DNA of 64,000 bases from a virus: positions 64,001 through 128,000 of the IMG/VR virus record IMGVR_UViG_3300033146_000946; one strand, given 5' to 3'. This document shows positions 22,300 to 31,986 of this stretch, one piece after another. The translations under genes and the position numbers were made by a program. The notes beneath the pieces were generated by a model. The model worked only from the letters and a program-made list of their open reading frames with translations. It did no database searches and was not told the DNA's origin. Numbering within the stretch: position 1 is the first letter of the stretch; every line of letters starts with the position of its first letter.

Positions 22300-22962
22300 A
22301 TGCAAGATTTAAAAACTGTTAATATTAAAGGTAAAAATTATGTTGAAGTTAACGAAAGAATTAAATACTTTCGTAAAGAAGATGCATATAAAGGTTGGTC
22401 ATTAAGAACAGATATTATCGAATTAACTGATGAAAGATGTGTTCTTAAAGCAGTTATATCAGATACTGATGGAAGAATAATTGCTGAAGGTCTAGCTTAT
22501 GAAAAAGCTGGAAGCTCATTTATTAATAAAACTAGTTATATTGAAAACTGTGAGACTTCAGCATGGGGTAGAGCACTTGGTAATTTAGGTATTGGTGTAG
22601 ATGCGTCAGTAGCATCTGCTTTAGAAATAGCTAATGCTATTAATAATCAAACACAAAATACTCAACAAAAAGTAGAAACTAAATCTAATGAGTATAAACC
22701 AAGTAATCCTAATAGATATAATAAAGATAAAGGTGGATCTAATGTAACATATACTAAATCTACATCTATATCTGAAGCTACTATGAAAAGAATTAGTGCT
22801 TTAAGTAGAGATGGTAAACAAGGTAAAGTTGTATTATTAGATTATCTTGAAGATTATAATAAATTAAATAAAACAAAATTAGTTGCTAGTGATTTAACTA
22901 CTGATGAAGTATTAAATCCATTAATTGATTTTATCGATAATCAACCACCAAAAGATCTTTAA
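22300..22962 (+). CDS. Putative single-strand annealing protein (Sak/Rad52-like)
   Basis: KTVNIKGKNYVEVNERI and ENCETSAWGRAL..LGIG motifs; the ATG at 22300 fits the AAGGAG RBS better than the TTG at 22294. Confidence 0.65.
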   Translation: MQDLKTVNIKGKNYVEVNERIKYFRKEDAYKGWSLRTDIIELTDERCVLKAVISDTDGRIIAEGLAYEKAGSSFINKTSYIENCETSAWGRALGNLGIGVDASVASALEIANAINNQTQNTQQKVETKSNEYKPSNPNRYNKDKGGSNVTYTKSTSISEATMKRISALSRDGKQGKVVLLDYLEDYNKLNKTKLVASDLTTDEVLNPLIDFIDNQPPKDL

Positions 22963-22989
22963 TAATTATTTTAAAAAAATATGTATTAT

Positions 22990-23020
22990 AAAGGGTAATT
23001 TAATTATTACCCTTTTTTTT
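22990..23020 (+). terminator. Rho-independent terminator
   Basis: GGGTAAT-N6-ATTACCC hairpin followed by T8. Confidence 0.75.
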
Positions 23021-23021
23021 A

Positions 23022-23050
23022 TTGACTTTTTATAAAAATCATATTATATT
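23022..23050 (+). promoter_or_regulatory. sigma70-like promoter for the primase-helicase
   Basis: TTGACT-N17-TATATT. Confidence 0.7.
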
Positions 23051-23088
23051 ACTCGTAACAATAAACAATAATCCAAAGGATTTAAAAC

Positions 23089-25518
23089 ATGAATACAAAT
23101 AATACAAACTTAAATAATTTATCTGTTATACAAGAACTACGTAAAAAATTACCAGAATATTTAACATCACAAAATATAACTGTTAATGGTGCTGGTTTCT
23201 TTTCTTGTATACATCCAGATCACCTTGATAGAAATCCATCATGTTCTTTGAATTATGGTAATCATTTAGAAAATGAAGTATTCCATTGTTTCTCTGGAAC
23301 TGGTCATGATGGTAATATATTTACTGCTGCTCATTGGTTAGAAGGAATGCCATTAGTTGGTGCTGAATTTTGGGATGTAACTGTTAGAACTTTAGCACAG
23401 CGTTATAATATACCTTATAATCCAATGGAGATATCTGAAGATCAGAAAAGAAAATATCAAGCTTTAAGAGCTATTTCTGACGCAGTTAAGATAATATCAA
23501 GAATGTCTTTTAATCATGATAATGAGTTACGAGTTAATCATATTGGTATTAAACATTTAATAGATAGAGGTATAACTGAAGAAACTATTAAAGAATGGAA
23601 GATTGGTGTACTTACATCTAAATCGGCTTTTAATGACGCTATGGATAAACTTGGTCATATAGATAAAGAATTTCTAGCATCAAAAGGTCTTCAGCATCAT
23701 TCTATTTTAAATAGAGATGGATTTATATTACCTATAAATGATATTAATAGTCGACCTGTAGGATTTGTATCTAGAAATTGTAAAGTTGATGCTAATGAGC
23801 ATGTTACACGTAAATATGCTAATAGTCCAAATAATGATGTTTATAAAAAAGGTGAAATACTTTTTGGTTATGATAAAGTTAAAAACATACCAGGACCATT
23901 ATATATAGTAGAAGGTTATTTAGATGCTATTTATCTTCAACAAGAAGGTTTAAAGAAAACAGTAGCTTTAGGTTCAACAACTATTACAGAATATCATGTT
24001 GAAGAAATATTATATAAATATAATGAACAAGAAATTATTCTTGCATTAGATGGTGATCAAGGTGGTATTGATGGTACTAAATTAGCAATCGAACGTATTA
24101 GTCCATTCAGTATGTTTAATGTTAAAATATTAAATATACCAAAAGATTATGATCCAGATTCATATGTTAGAGAATTTGGTTTAAAAGCATTTCAAGAATT
24201 AGAAAAACTAACTCCATTTGCATGGACTTTACAAAAATCTGATTACGATAAAGATATGCTTACTATTGCTAAAAATATTATACCTACTATAGCATCTGAA
24301 GAAAGAGCAGTAGAAAGATTGAGTATGATAAAAGAATTATCTCAATTTACAGCTATTCCAGAAGCTGAAATTAAAAAAGATGTTGACCTTTTAGTTAATA
24401 AAAAAGAAGATAAATATCTTGATGAACTTGCTCATTTAAATAATTTTGTTCAAGTAAAATTAAATAAAGCAATGCCATCTGAAACAAGATCTATATTATC
24501 TAATGCTTTAGATAAACTAGAATCTATAGAAGATAAATATGAGAATGTTAAAGATGTTCAATCATTAAGTCTTGATAATTTAATGTTATTAAGAAATGAT
24601 ATTCTTGAAGGTAATTATGAATATGGTTTAATTACACCTAATCATAGTTCATTTGAGAAAAAACTTAATGGAATACCTTATAAAGAAAAATTAATATATT
24701 TTGGAGGTAGAGGTTCAGCTGGTAAAACTGCATTTATGACTTCATTAGCATTAGATTTAATAAAAGCAAATGCTGATGTAACTATATTTTATATGTCTAT
24801 TGATGATAGTTTTTCATTTTTAGCAACTAAAATGCAAGCAGTATTAAGTGGTCTTGCTACTACTGAAATACAAAATTATCAAAATTTAACTATAGATGAT
24901 AAAGGTAAAGTTGATGAAGCATTTAATTTTGTTGCTAATTCTATGAAAGAAAAGAAATTAGTTATTATGGATTCATCTAGTGGTAATACTATTGAAATTA
25001 TTGAAAATTATATGAGACAAATACAACGCGATTTTGCTGGACGTAAAGCTATATTTGTATTAGATAACTTTCATAAATTACAAATGGATGCAGGTCAAGG
25101 ACAAAAACGAGATGCTATTAGTGACACATCTTCTAAATTAAAAGATTTAGCAACTAAATATAAAGTGACTATTATGGCATCAGTAGAACTTAGAAAATTA
25201 CAAAATGAAATATCTCGTCCTACAAGACAAGATATGCAAGGTTCTAATAAACTTGATTATGATGCAGATGTAGTTTGTATGGTACATAATGATTTACAAG
25301 TTAATCCATCAACTAAAATCATTCATGAAAAAGAAGTTAATGGACAAATGGTTGTTATGCCTTGGGTTGAAATTAATATAGTTAAAAATAAAATAACTGG
25401 TCAACTTGGTGAATGTGTATTTAAATATAATGCAGTTAATATGAGTTTTGAAGAAGGAGAGTATTCATTATTTAAAAGACTCAGAGAATCTGGAACAACT
25501 AGAAAATTATCATTTTAA
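23089..25518 (+). CDS. Fused DnaG-type primase / DnaB-like helicase
   Basis: Zn finger (CIHPDH..PSC..FHCF), TOPRIM VEGYLDA / LDGD / DPD, Walker A GRGSAGKT, Walker B FVLDNFH, and YDADVV. Confidence 0.9.
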   Translation: MNTNNTNLNNLSVIQELRKKLPEYLTSQNITVNGAGFFSCIHPDHLDRNPSCSLNYGNHLENEVFHCFSGTGHDGNIFTAAHWLEGMPLVGAEFWDVTVRTLAQRYNIPYNPMEISEDQKRKYQALRAISDAVKIISRMSFNHDNELRVNHIGIKHLIDRGITEETIKEWKIGVLTSKSAFNDAMDKLGHIDKEFLASKGLQHHSILNRDGFILPINDINSRPVGFVSRNCKVDANEHVTRKYANSPNNDVYKKGEILFGYDKVKNIPGPLYIVEGYLDAIYLQQEGLKKTVALGSTTITEYHVEEILYKYNEQEIILALDGDQGGIDGTKLAIERISPFSMFNVKILNIPKDYDPDSYVREFGLKAFQELEKLTPFAWTLQKSDYDKDMLTIAKNIIPTIASEERAVERLSMIKELSQFTAIPEAEIKKDVDLLVNKKEDKYLDELAHLNNFVQVKLNKAMPSETRSILSNALDKLESIEDKYENVKDVQSLSLDNLMLLRNDILEGNYEYGLITPNHSSFEKKLNGIPYKEKLIYFGGRGSAGKTAFMTSLALDLIKANADVTIFYMSIDDSFSFLATKMQAVLSGLATTEIQNYQNLTIDDKGKVDEAFNFVANSMKEKKLVIMDSSSGNTIEIIENYMRQIQRDFAGRKAIFVLDNFHKLQMDAGQGQKRDAISDTSSKLKDLATKYKVTIMASVELRKLQNEISRPTRQDMQGSNKLDYDADVVCMVHNDLQVNPSTKIIHEKEVNGQMVVMPWVEINIVKNKITGQLGECVFKYNAVNMSFEEGEYSLFKRLRESGTTRKLSF

Positions 25519-25532
25519 TAAAAGGAGCAATT

Positions 25533-26198
25533 ATGATAACATCTCATACTTTTGCAGAAAGACTTTATAATTGCTCTAACTTTAAAGAGGAGAAAAATTA
25601 TGGCAGTATTATTCAGAAACTTACCATGGAAATTATTAATGAAAGTATCGACAGTAGGAAAGATAATGACAACGTTAGTATCTTTACTCTTCTCTATCAA
25701 AAATTTATTGAATCCAAAACCTTACGGTTGGTGATGAAAGAAGATAAAGAATTAGTAGAAGATATAATTATAGCATATGCTGAAAATATGAGTTATATTT
25801 TAAATAAGTTTAATCTTAATTTTACTGATGTTTATTATGAATATCGTTATAAGATATATGGTAATATTTTTGGTGTATTAGAAGGAGATCATAATTACAA
25901 TTTTGATATTAGTTATCGATCTCCAACTGACACATTTTATCATTTATATTATTATAAGTTAAATTTCTTTTTATATAATAAAACTTATAATACAAAACGG
26001 GATGGGTTAGTTTTTATTTTATCTAATAAAACAGTATACTATATACCATATAATGAAGATGACTATACTATAAATAGAGGATTTTTAGATTACAATATAA
26101 AGAATCGTGCTGTTAGACCAGGTCATCAATGTTTATATTGTTCAGTAAAAAATTGTAAACCAAGATTAATTACAAATATAGATAGATTTCTAATTTAA
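25533..26198 (+). CDS. Degenerate PD-(D/E)XK-like protein with C-terminal PGxxCxxC..C
   Basis: 'PGHQCLYCSVKNC' terminus is typical of the RecB/Cas4-like family; catalytic residues are not evident. Confidence 0.4.
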   Translation: MITSHTFAERLYNCSNFKEEKNYGSIIQKLTMEIINESIDSRKDNDNVSIFTLLYQKFIESKTLRLVMKEDKELVEDIIIAYAENMSYILNKFNLNFTDVYYEYRYKIYGNIFGVLEGDHNYNFDISYRSPTDTFYHLYYYKLNFFLYNKTYNTKRDGLVFILSNKTVYYIPYNEDDYTINRGFLDYNIKNRAVRPGHQCLYCSVKNCKPRLITNIDRFLI

Positions 26199-26210
26199 GG
26201 AGAATTTAAA

Positions 26211-26402
26211 ATGAGTATTGAAATTAAAAACAAAAATGGAAAGACAATAGGTCTTATTGATCGAGAAGATGGTGAAGATTATGTTGTGGTAAAAAATAAA
26301 AAAGTCGCTTTATCAGATGTATATCAAGATAAAGAACTACTTAATGAATTTAATGATGAAATCAAAAATTCAGAAGTAGAGTTAAATGATGATTCAGAGT
26401 AA
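26211..26402 (+). CDS. Hypothetical protein (63 aa)
   Basis: AAGGAG RBS. Confidence 0.55.
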   Translation: MSIEIKNKNGKTIGLIDREDGEDYVVVKNKKVALSDVYQDKELLNEFNDEIKNSEVELNDDSE

Positions 26403-26631
26403 TATAATAAACAATATAGATTTAGATAAATTACCAGAAGATGTACAATATACTATGTATGTTATTTTTAAAGAATTACCTTTAAAAGAACGCATGATTA
26501 TATTATCTAAATTAACACATGGAACATTATTTAAATTAAATAAACAAGATATTATTAAATTACAAAAAACTTCTGTATCAAAAATCTATAATAATTATAT
26601 AGAATTAATTAAACAGGAGTTAGGAGAGTAA
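26386..26631 (+). CDS. Hypothetical protein, possible sigma region-4-like HTH
   Basis: 'LPLKERMII...TSVSKIY' pattern. Confidence 0.35.
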   Translation: MMIQSNIINNIDLDKLPEDVQYTMYVIFKELPLKERMIILSKLTHGTLFKLNKQDIIKLQKTSVSKIYNNYIELIKQELGE

Positions 26632-26632
26632 T

Positions 26633-26794
26633 ATGAATTTAAGAAAATTAAAATATTTTGGCAATTTAATAAAAAATAGATTATATTTAAAGAATAAGAT
26701 TTACTTCGAGTCTACAAAAACTCAACCATCTTTATTTTATAGAAAATGGTTAGAAGTAGATTTATCAAACCAACAAGAACTTAATAACCTTTAA
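26633..26794 (+). CDS. Small ORF (53 aa, MNLRKLKY...) missing from the ORF track
   Basis: Translated by hand; has an AGGAG RBS and fills the intergenic gap. Confidence 0.6.
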   Translation: MNLRKLKYFGNLIKNRLYLKNKIYFESTKTQPSLFYRKWLEVDLSNQQELNNL

Positions 26795-26807
26795 CATAGG
26801 ATAAAAT

Positions 26808-28250
26808 ATGTCCAAAAGAATACTGATTATATCTGATAGTATTTTCAGACAAACAGGTTATTCTACAGTTACCAATAATATTATAGAACATTTAAGTAAA
26901 GATTTTGAAGTGGCTCAAATGGGACTGGCTCATATGCCAGTCCCTAATTATAATAATACTTCTATAGATTATTATACTCCAATAATGAGCCATAGTAAAT
27001 GTTGTGGTAAAGAATTATTAATTGAACATTATAACTCTAAAACTGGTAAAGTAGAATACATTACACCTAATGTTGATTTAGATGTAATACAAAATGAATG
27101 TAATCGAGGATATCCAAATCAATCAGATCCATTTGGATTTGAATCAGCGTATTATATAATTGAACATTTTCGTCCAGATATTGTTATACCGATTAATGAT
27201 ATTTGGGGTATTTATAAATTAAACTTTTTAAAGAATAGAAAAAATTTCAAATTAGTACCATATCTTGCTATTGATAGTGAATGTTTTCCTGCTCAAATAC
27301 AAACTAATGAAAATATAAATACTTTACAATTTTTAAAAATAACTGATAAATTAGTTGTATTTACTAATTGGGCTAAACATACTATAAATAAAACTTCTGA
27401 ATTAATAATAGGAACTAAATTTAATAATATTGAAATTATTCCACATGGTGTTAATGCATCTAAATTTTTTAATTTAAATGCTAGAGATAGATTAATACAT
27501 GAATTATTTAGATTAGATCCAAATAAAGTATTTATAATAGGTTCAGTTAATAGAAATCAACCTAGAAAAAGATTGGATGCTATTTTTCAAATATTAAAAA
27601 TATTAAAAAATAAATATGAAAAACCAAATGGTAAAAAATTTATGGTTCATTTTCATTGTGCTATCAAAGATAGTCATGGTTGGGATTTACCTTGGTTAGC
27701 TAAATATTATGGTGTAGAAGATAGAGTTATTTTAGATCAAAATTTAAAACCTGGAATAGGTGTTACTGATGAATTATTAAATATGATTATGAATACATAT
27801 GATGTACATTTAGTACCAACTAATAGTGAAGGTTGGGGGTTGTCTATTCTTGAAACTATGGCTGTTGGTATCCCAAATGTAATATCTGATTATTCGGCTC
27901 ATGGAGATTGGGCTAAAGATTATTCTCTTAAAATAAAATTAGCAGCAAAGATACATGAACCAATAACAAATCATATTAAAGGTATTATCGATGTAAATCA
28001 TGCAGCGAAGCAAATATCTTTATTATATAATTCTAAAAAAATGTTAGAGTCATATAAAAATAAAAGTATTAAATTAGCAAATAAATTGCAATGGGTAAAT
28101 GTAGTTGAACAATGGAATATATTATTAAATAATATTGATATAAGTGATTTAAAAGAAAATAGATATCATGAAGGATATTTTGATGTTTATAATTTAAAAC
28201 ATGTACCAGAAAACCCAATAACTACTGAATTTGAATTACAAGAAATTTAA
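26808..28250 (+). CDS. Glycosyltransferase (GT-B, GT4-like)
   Basis: TGYS, PHGV, NRNQPRKR and EGWGLSILETMAVG motifs. Confidence 0.85.
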   Translation: MSKRILIISDSIFRQTGYSTVTNNIIEHLSKDFEVAQMGLAHMPVPNYNNTSIDYYTPIMSHSKCCGKELLIEHYNSKTGKVEYITPNVDLDVIQNECNRGYPNQSDPFGFESAYYIIEHFRPDIVIPINDIWGIYKLNFLKNRKNFKLVPYLAIDSECFPAQIQTNENINTLQFLKITDKLVVFTNWAKHTINKTSELIIGTKFNNIEIIPHGVNASKFFNLNARDRLIHELFRLDPNKVFIIGSVNRNQPRKRLDAIFQILKILKNKYEKPNGKKFMVHFHCAIKDSHGWDLPWLAKYYGVEDRVILDQNLKPGIGVTDELLNMIMNTYDVHLVPTNSEGWGLSILETMAVGIPNVISDYSAHGDWAKDYSLKIKLAAKIHEPITNHIKGIIDVNHAAKQISLLYNSKKMLESYKNKSIKLANKLQWVNVVEQWNILLNNIDISDLKENRYHEGYFDVYNLKHVPENPITTEFELQEI

Positions 28251-28265
28251 AAAAAGGATTGAATT

Positions 28266-28610
28266 ATGTCAGATAAAAAAATAGTTACTGAAACTAAAAT
28301 GGAAACAGTTAAAACAGAATTAGAAAGAATGCATCCAGAAGAAGGAGATATTTTTATATTAAATGTTAATACTGATGATCCCGATATAATATATTCAGAA
28401 GAAATTGCTGAAAGTGTAGAACAATTATCAGAAATATTAAAAGATCTAACTGGTATAGATATTCCTATTTTAGTATTTGGAACAGAACTAACTATGTCAT
28501 TAATTAAAAAAGATGATCTTGAAAAATTATTAGATAGTATTGAAATAATTGATGATATAGATGAAGAATTAGATAACGACGTAGAAAATATTAAAGATTT
28601 ATTTAATTAA
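28266..28610 (+). CDS. Acidic hypothetical protein (114 aa)
   Basis: D/E-rich ORF between glycosyltransferases. Confidence 0.55.
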   Translation: MSDKKIVTETKMETVKTELERMHPEEGDIFILNVNTDDPDIIYSEEIAESVEQLSEILKDLTGIDIPILVFGTELTMSLIKKDDLEKLLDSIEIIDDIDEELDNDVENIKDLFN

Positions 28611-28622
28611 AGGATAATTAAA

Positions 28623-29774
28623 ATGAAGATCGTAATTAGAGGATATAAGAACCAAAGTGGATTTGGTGTTGCTTTAATTAATTTATTAAAAGTTTTAGAT
28701 AAATCTAAATATGATTTTAGATTTATCCCATTAAATGCTATACAAGAACAAGATGATTCATCATTATCCAATGATACTCAAAACTTTATTAAAAGTATAA
28801 CAATAAATGAAAATGATTCATTTATTAATGATTCTATATTTATTGATATTGGTTCTTTAAATAGAGGTGAAATTTCAATTCGCCCTAAAAATGTAAAAAA
28901 ATACATTTTATATACTACTACTGAAACAACTAGAATTGATCCATATTATTCAAATATCTTTAATAAGAAATTCGATGAAATATGGACTGCTAGTAGATTT
29001 AATAAAGCAACATTATATTCATCTGGAGTGGAAAAGCCTATTAAAATTTTACCACATGCTATTGATACTGATATTTATATTCCTGGTTTACCAGAATATA
29101 AGATTACTAATAAAAGGAAATTTAATTTTTTAATTAATATTGATTTTTCTTTTAGAAAAGGTATACATAAATTATTGCCAGCTTGGTTAGAAGTATTTAA
29201 TTCTACAGATGATGTTGCATTAATAATGAAATTATCTGAGTTTGATTTTAAAGATTCATCTAGACCATTAAAAAGTTTAAATAATTTATTATTTCAATTT
29301 GAATATACTGAAAAAGATCATGCTCCAATTATAGTTATGAGTGATTTAATTAATGAGAAATATATACCAAATATGTATTCAATTTGTGATGTTTATATTG
29401 CTCCAACATTAGGTGAAGGTTTTGGTTTTCCAATAGCTGAAGCTATGTCTTGTGGTAAACCTACTATTACTAGTGGTTGTTCTGCCCCATTAGATTATGT
29501 TACTAATGATAATGGTTTTATTATTGATTTAGATGATACTAAAATGATATCTAAAATAGTAAACGAAGAAGGTTTATTAATGAGAGATCAAAGATATAAA
29601 GATCATTATCTTTATGATATCTCTGTTGAATCTTTATCATATCAATTAGAAGAAGCATATAATATGTCAAAAGAAGAATTAATAACTAAAGGAAGTATAG
29701 CTCGTAATGATATTATTGATAAATATTCATTACAATCTGTTGTGTCAATATTAACTCAACTATTAGAGGAATAA
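28623..29774 (+). CDS. Glycosyltransferase (GT-B, GT4-like)
   Basis: SGFG, ETT, RKG and GEGFGFPIAEAMSCGKP motifs. Confidence 0.85.
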   Translation: MKIVIRGYKNQSGFGVALINLLKVLDKSKYDFRFIPLNAIQEQDDSSLSNDTQNFIKSITINENDSFINDSIFIDIGSLNRGEISIRPKNVKKYILYTTTETTRIDPYYSNIFNKKFDEIWTASRFNKATLYSSGVEKPIKILPHAIDTDIYIPGLPEYKITNKRKFNFLINIDFSFRKGIHKLLPAWLEVFNSTDDVALIMKLSEFDFKDSSRPLKSLNNLLFQFEYTEKDHAPIIVMSDLINEKYIPNMYSICDVYIAPTLGEGFGFPIAEAMSCGKPTITSGCSAPLDYVTNDNGFIIDLDDTKMISKIVNEEGLLMRDQRYKDHYLYDISVESLSYQLEEAYNMSKEELITKGSIARNDIIDKYSLQSVVSILTQLLEE

Positions 29775-29775
29775 A

Positions 29776-30891
29776 ATGAAATTAAATATTATAGGTACTA
29801 CTGCTAAAGTAGGATTTGGTACTCATTGTAAAGGTATGCTTAAATCACTTGATAATATAGGTGTCGATATATCTTTTATGCCAATTGGTAATCTTGAAGA
29901 AGAAGATTCTGAATTATATAAAAAAATAACATCAAATCAATTCGATCCAGATGGTATATCATTATATATATTTCATGATGCATTTTTAACTCAAAGATTT
30001 AGTAAAACAGTAATAATGTTTTATGTATTTGAAACAACTATAATTTCTGATCATGTTAAGAATAAAATTGAAAATTATGTTGATATTCTTTTTACATCTA
30101 CTGAAAAACATAAAGATATATTATTAAAAAATGGAATAACTAAACCTATTTATGTTATACATGAAGGTATAGATCCAGAATTATTTAATATTAATAATAA
30201 TAAAAAATTAATTGAAACAAATAATTACACATATTTAATATTAGGTAAAAGTGAAAAACGTAAAAATACTAATAAAGTATTTGCATCATTCTTTGAAACT
30301 ATGCAATATGAAAATGTAAGTTTAATAGCTCATACTTATAATCATAGACATGAAGCTAATATTATTTATAATTGGTTTGATTTTGATTTAAAAGATTTTG
30401 GTTATAGATTAATAGAAGATAATGATTTATATTTGAAATATTATAATTCATTTTCAACAATATATTTAACTAAACCTAAATTAACAGATGAGCAAATGAC
30501 AGAATTATATAATTCTGCTAATATAGGACTATCTTATAGTTCAGCAGAAGGGTGGGGTTTACCTGAAATGGAAATGATGACTTGTGGAAAACCTGTTATA
30601 ATAACAAATGTTTTAGGTCATAATGAATATATAAATAATATCCCAATTTATAAAGAATTAATAATAGAACCAATTGGAACAGAATTGGCTAAAGATATGG
30701 TTTATTTTGATGGATCAACTGGATATTGGTCTAAGTTAAATATTTCAGCATTAAAAGAAAAATTAATATATACTTATAAACATAATATAGGATCGATAAA
30801 ATCGGAAATTTTATCAGATTATTTTAAAAATAATTTTAGTTGGCATAATGCCGCAATAACATTAAAACAAATACTCACAGAGGAGATTTAA
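29776..30891 (+). CDS. Glycosyltransferase (GT-B, GT4-like)
   Basis: GFG, FETT, KRKN and EGWGLPEMEMMTCGKP motifs. Confidence 0.85.
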   Translation: MKLNIIGTTAKVGFGTHCKGMLKSLDNIGVDISFMPIGNLEEEDSELYKKITSNQFDPDGISLYIFHDAFLTQRFSKTVIMFYVFETTIISDHVKNKIENYVDILFTSTEKHKDILLKNGITKPIYVIHEGIDPELFNINNNKKLIETNNYTYLILGKSEKRKNTNKVFASFFETMQYENVSLIAHTYNHRHEANIIYNWFDFDLKDFGYRLIEDNDLYLKYYNSFSTIYLTKPKLTDEQMTELYNSANIGLSYSSAEGWGLPEMEMMTCGKPVIITNVLGHNEYINNIPIYKELIIEPIGTELAKDMVYFDGSTGYWSKLNISALKEKLIYTYKHNIGSIKSEILSDYFKNNFSWHNAAITLKQILTEEI

Positions 30892-31206
30892 ATGAATGAT
30901 CTTAATATTGAATTAGTAAAAGTTATCCAAGATAAACATATGGAAGTTAAATATAATGAAAAGTTTATTGTAATAAATAATAAACGAATACATATTGAGA
31001 TGCAAGGAAAAATTAATTGTCCAGTATTAAATACTAAAATTTCATCTTTAACATGTAGTAAATTTATGGAACAAAAAGGTTGGCCTAGACATATTGATAA
31101 TCATATTTGTGATAGAGCTAATTGTAAAATTTATAAATCTATACAAAAAAATATGGCAAATAGAAATGAAAATAAAACAAGAAAAAATAATAAAGAGACT
31201 AGATAA
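30892..31206 (+). CDS. Hypothetical Cys-containing protein (104 aa)
   Basis: GAGGAG RBS; four Cys residues. Confidence 0.5.
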   Translation: MNDLNIELVKVIQDKHMEVKYNEKFIVINNKRIHIEMQGKINCPVLNTKISSLTCSKFMEQKGWPRHIDNHICDRANCKIYKSIQKNMANRNENKTRKNNKETR

Positions 31207-31444
31207 AATATTAAAAATATATGATACTAAAGTTGAAATGTTAAATGAGATGCACCAATTAGGTGCATCTCGACATATTTGTATGATTACTGAATTATTA
31301 TTATTAAATAAATCATATAAATCAATACAAAAAACTTTATTATTTACAGATAATGCTTTTGAAATATTAATTGAAGAATTGAATACGTTTTTTATTAATT
31401 ATAAACAACTTAGAAAACGATATAAAAAATTAAGAGGGTTTTAA
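31166..31444 (+). CDS. Hypothetical protein
   Basis: ORF track gives 31094-31444; an internal ATG (MKIKQE) is the more plausible start. Confidence 0.45.
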   Translation: MKIKQEKIIKRLDKILKIYDTKVEMLNEMHQLGASRHICMITELLLLNKSYKSIQKTLLFTDNAFEILIEELNTFFINYKQLRKRYKKLRGF

Positions 31445-31458
31445 TAAACCCTCTTTTT
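31432..31458. terminator. Bidirectional terminator between convergent blocks
   Basis: AAGAGGGTTT-TAAT-AAACCCTCTT hairpin flanked by A/T runs. Confidence 0.75.
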
Positions 31459-31463
31459 AATTA

Positions 31464-31865
31464 TTATTTAATTTCTACTTTAGTTATATTATCATCATGT
31501 TCTTTATTAAATAATGTTATAGATAATATACCATCTTTAAATTCAGATTGAATAGAACTTAAATCATATTTATCAGATATATTAAATTCTAATCTATAAG
31601 ATTTGGTGTTTTTATTTTTATCTGGTAAATCTATAACTATCATATTATTATTTTTTATAACAAAAACCGATAATAAATCTTTATTAGCTCCAGCAAGATT
31701 AATTTTATAATTAATCTTATTATCTTGTTTATCATAATAAACAACATTAGTTTTATAATATTTAATACCTTCTTGTGGTATTATACGTATTGTATTTTGT
31801 GTATCAGGTTTTTTATCATAGATGTTATAAACATCATTAATAAAATCATACATAGTTCTAACCAT
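31464..31865 (-). CDS. Small heat-shock protein (Hsp20 / alpha-crystallin)
   Basis: 'LAG..K', 'I.SEFKDGILSITL' and C-terminal V-E-I motif. Confidence 0.8.
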   Translation of the reverse strand: MVRTMYDFINDVYNIYDKKPDTQNTIRIIPQEGIKYYKTNVVYYDKQDNKINYKINLAGANKDLLSVFVIKNNNMIVIDLPDKNKNTKSYRLEFNISDKYDLSSIQSEFKDGILSITLFNKEHDDNITKVEIK

Positions 31866-31986
31866 TTAAAACTCCTTGGTTAAAAATATCCGAATTAACG
31901 GATAAGTGTTATATATTCGCTTAATATATAACAAAAAGTATGCCAATCTTTTAAATCAGCATACTTTAATAATTGATGTTTAAATT

